In this document: positions 62,462 to 64,000 of the stretch, piece after piece | Numbering within the stretch: the first letter of the stretch is position 1 | Layout: each line of letters opens with the position of its first letter | Assembly (NCBI GenBank): GCA_963848295.1 | Contig: CAWKDB010000010.1 | Span: forward strand, 2,176,001-2,240,000 | Source: an uncultured delta proteobacterium | GTDB taxonomy: Bacteria; Myxococcota_A; Polyangia; Haliangiales; Haliangiaceae | Direction: 5' to 3' | DNA: 64,000 bases | The notes under the pieces: generated by a model | Databases searched by the model: none | The model's input: only the letters and a program-made list of their open reading frames with translations | What the model was told of the DNA's origin: nothing | Made by a program: the position numbers and the translations under genes

Positions 62462-63508
62462 GTGCAGCTCGTCGCATTGACTGCGATCGCGATCGCCGGC
62501 TCGGCGCGGATCGCCACGGCATCGTGCGACGGCGCGGTGCGAGCAGCAGGCGCGCACGAGCTGACCCGCGCGTCGGTCGAGCTGACGAGCTGCGACGACT
62601 CGAAGGTGACCTCGAAGATCGAGGAGGCGCTGCGCGCGAGCGAGCTGTCCGAGCTGTCGATCGTATCGCCGACCGCGGACGCGACGATCGAGATCGAAGA
62701 GCTGCCAGGCGTGACGCTGCCGGCGTCGGCGACGGTCTGGCTGCGCGCCGGCACGTATCACCTGCGCTCGGGCGACGTCCGGATCATCGTCACGACGCGC
62801 GCGCGGGCCCGCTCGGTGCAGATCATGCCGGGCCCGCCGAAGCCGCCGGCGCCACCCCAGGCCGGCCACCAAGACTTCACCGAGGACAACGCCGGCGACA
62901 CCAACTCCGGGCCGCCGCCCGACATCAAGCATCCGTCGCTGTTGCCGAACAAGTATCTCGGCATCCCCGATGCGCCGAGTGGCGAAGAGCTCGCCGATCC
63001 GATGGCGGTCGCGGTCCGGCCGCGCGGCTCGCACCCGCCGTGGCAACTCAGCGCCGGCTTGCGCGTCGCCGGCGGCATGTTCCAGCAGACCGGCGCCGAC
63101 GCGCGCGCCGGCGTCGAGATCGGCGTCGTGGTGCGCGATCGCCTCGACCCGAAGGTGCTCGCGAGCAACCTCTTGCTCGAGCTGCGCGGCGACTGGAGTC
63201 AACGCGGCGGCACCACCGCGCAAGCCGACGCGCTCGGCCTCACCTTCGGACCCGCGGTCACGCTCGGTACCGCCGGATCGATCGACTTCCGCGTCGGCCT
63301 CGGTGCGCGCGGCGACATCCGACTCGAAGACTCCATCGCCGGAATGGCGGTCAACCGCTTCGGCCTCGACGGCGTCGCGTGGCTCGACATCGAGCCCGAA
63401 AACTCGCCGCTGATCTTCGGCCTGCGCTTCGAGCAAGGCATCACGACCCTCACCGGCAACGACCGCGACCGCGCGGTGCTCGCGCAGGTCGGCGTCAATA
63501 CCCATTAG
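62462..63508 (+). CDS. Exported hypothetical protein with PEGA-like region and probable C-terminal beta-barrel
   Basis: Signal-like N-terminus, Pro-rich linker, amphipathic C-terminal strands; start uncertain. Confidence 0.6.
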   Translation: MQLVALTAIAIAGSARIATASCDGAVRAAGAHELTRASVELTSCDDSKVTSKIEEALRASELSELSIVSPTADATIEIEELPGVTLPASATVWLRAGTYHLRSGDVRIIVTTRARARSVQIMPGPPKPPAPPQAGHQDFTEDNAGDTNSGPPPDIKHPSLLPNKYLGIPDAPSGEELADPMAVAVRPRGSHPPWQLSAGLRVAGGMFQQTGADARAGVEIGVVVRDRLDPKVLASNLLLELRGDWSQRGGTTAQADALGLTFGPAVTLGTAGSIDFRVGLGARGDIRLEDSIAGMAVNRFGLDGVAWLDIEPENSPLIFGLRFEQGITTLTGNDRDRAVLAQVGVNTH

Positions 63509-63801
63509 GGTGACGCTGTCTCTATTGTCAACTTGCGGTCCGCTTGCGCCGCTTCAACATCGCGTGATCGCTGCGGTCGTCCGGGGACGGTGTCTCTTCT
63601 GTCAACTTGCCGCTCGCCGCGGGCCCACCGCGACGGTGTCGCTTTACCAGAGCTCGCGGTCGGCGTCGGCAGGTCATCAAGCGCGGTGCCCGCGGACAGG
63701 CAAGTTGACAGAAGAGACACCGTCACCAATCTTCTCTAGGAATGTCCCGAGCTTCCGCGGGTGCAGCGAACGCGCAAGGTGACAATAGAGACAGCGTCAC
63801 C
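63509..63801. repeat. 293-nt nested inverted-repeat element (four 28-nt units; REP-doublet/MITE-like)
   Basis: R1 63509-63536 GGTGACGCTGTCTCTATTGTCAACTTGC and R2 63583-63610 forward; R3 63700-63727 and R4 63774-63801 reverse; R1/R4 and R2/R3 each match at 27 of 28 nt. Confidence 0.9.
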
Positions 63802-64000
63802 AAATCTGGAGGTCGCCATTCCAGGTGGCGACGCGGTCGTCGCTCGTGACTTTCGGCCATGCGAAGGTCGTGACGAGGTCGCTCGGCGTCGTCGGGGTGC
63901 CGGCGCCGAGCCCGGCGGCGCCAGCGAGGAGGCCGCACAGCTCGTCGCCGCGATAGCGCTCGCGCAGCGCGGGAAACGGGATCGAGCCGTGGAGCTTCGC
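63797..64000 (-). CDS. 3' end of a gene truncated by the window edge, possibly glutamyl-Q tRNA(Asp) synthetase-like
   Basis: Reads AKLHGSIPFPALRERYRGDELCGLLA...WNGDLQIW*; AKLHG could be the tail of a KMSKS-like motif; TGA lies inside repeat R4. Confidence 0.45.
   Translation of the reverse strand, partial: AKLHGSIPFPALRERYRGDELCGLLAGAAGLGAGTPTTPSDLVTTFAWPKVTSDDRVATWNGDLQIW

Noticed and set aside
63509..63801. CRISPR mini-array (28-nt repeats, 46-nt spacers)
   Set aside because: Only two units per orientation, arranged as inverted pairs; spacers partly complementary; no cas genes or leader in the window

Overview
GC-rich (roughly 68-70% by eye), densely coding bacterial window whose gene content (three Hanks-type Ser/Thr kinases, many Cys-rich lipoproteins, AgmX/PglI-like and vWA lipoproteins, two ECF sigma factors) points to a myxobacterium, possibly Kofleriaceae/Haliangiales-like (inference). 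Housekeeping content includes pntAB, sdhCAB, aat, a BCP peroxiredoxin, a COG0523 GTPase, a SWIM-SNF2 helicase, a KirBac channel, a parvulin and a divergent CDP-alcohol phosphotransferase/cytidylyltransferase pair. No rRNA, tRNA or CRISPR array was recognised. Most notable: (1) a beta-class DNA methyltransferase interrupted by a 406-aa intein carrying a LAGLIDADG endonuclease plus an extra Zn-finger/HTH module, directly upstream of a PD-(D/E)XK nuclease; (2) a DUF222-like/HNH nuclease with a RuvA C-terminal-like tail, preceded by a 440-nt non-coding region with CCACGTGG-cored repeats; (3) an ECF sigma factor fused through a hydrophobic segment to a DsbA domain, with an internal RBS+ATG; (4) a symmetric 293-nt nested inverted-repeat element (four 28-nt units) between convergent genes at the right end. 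Single-base frameshifts in an M13 peptidase and sdhA are probably sequencing errors. Start codons were adjusted by eye where the ORF track overshoots; all family calls come from motif recognition, not database searches.
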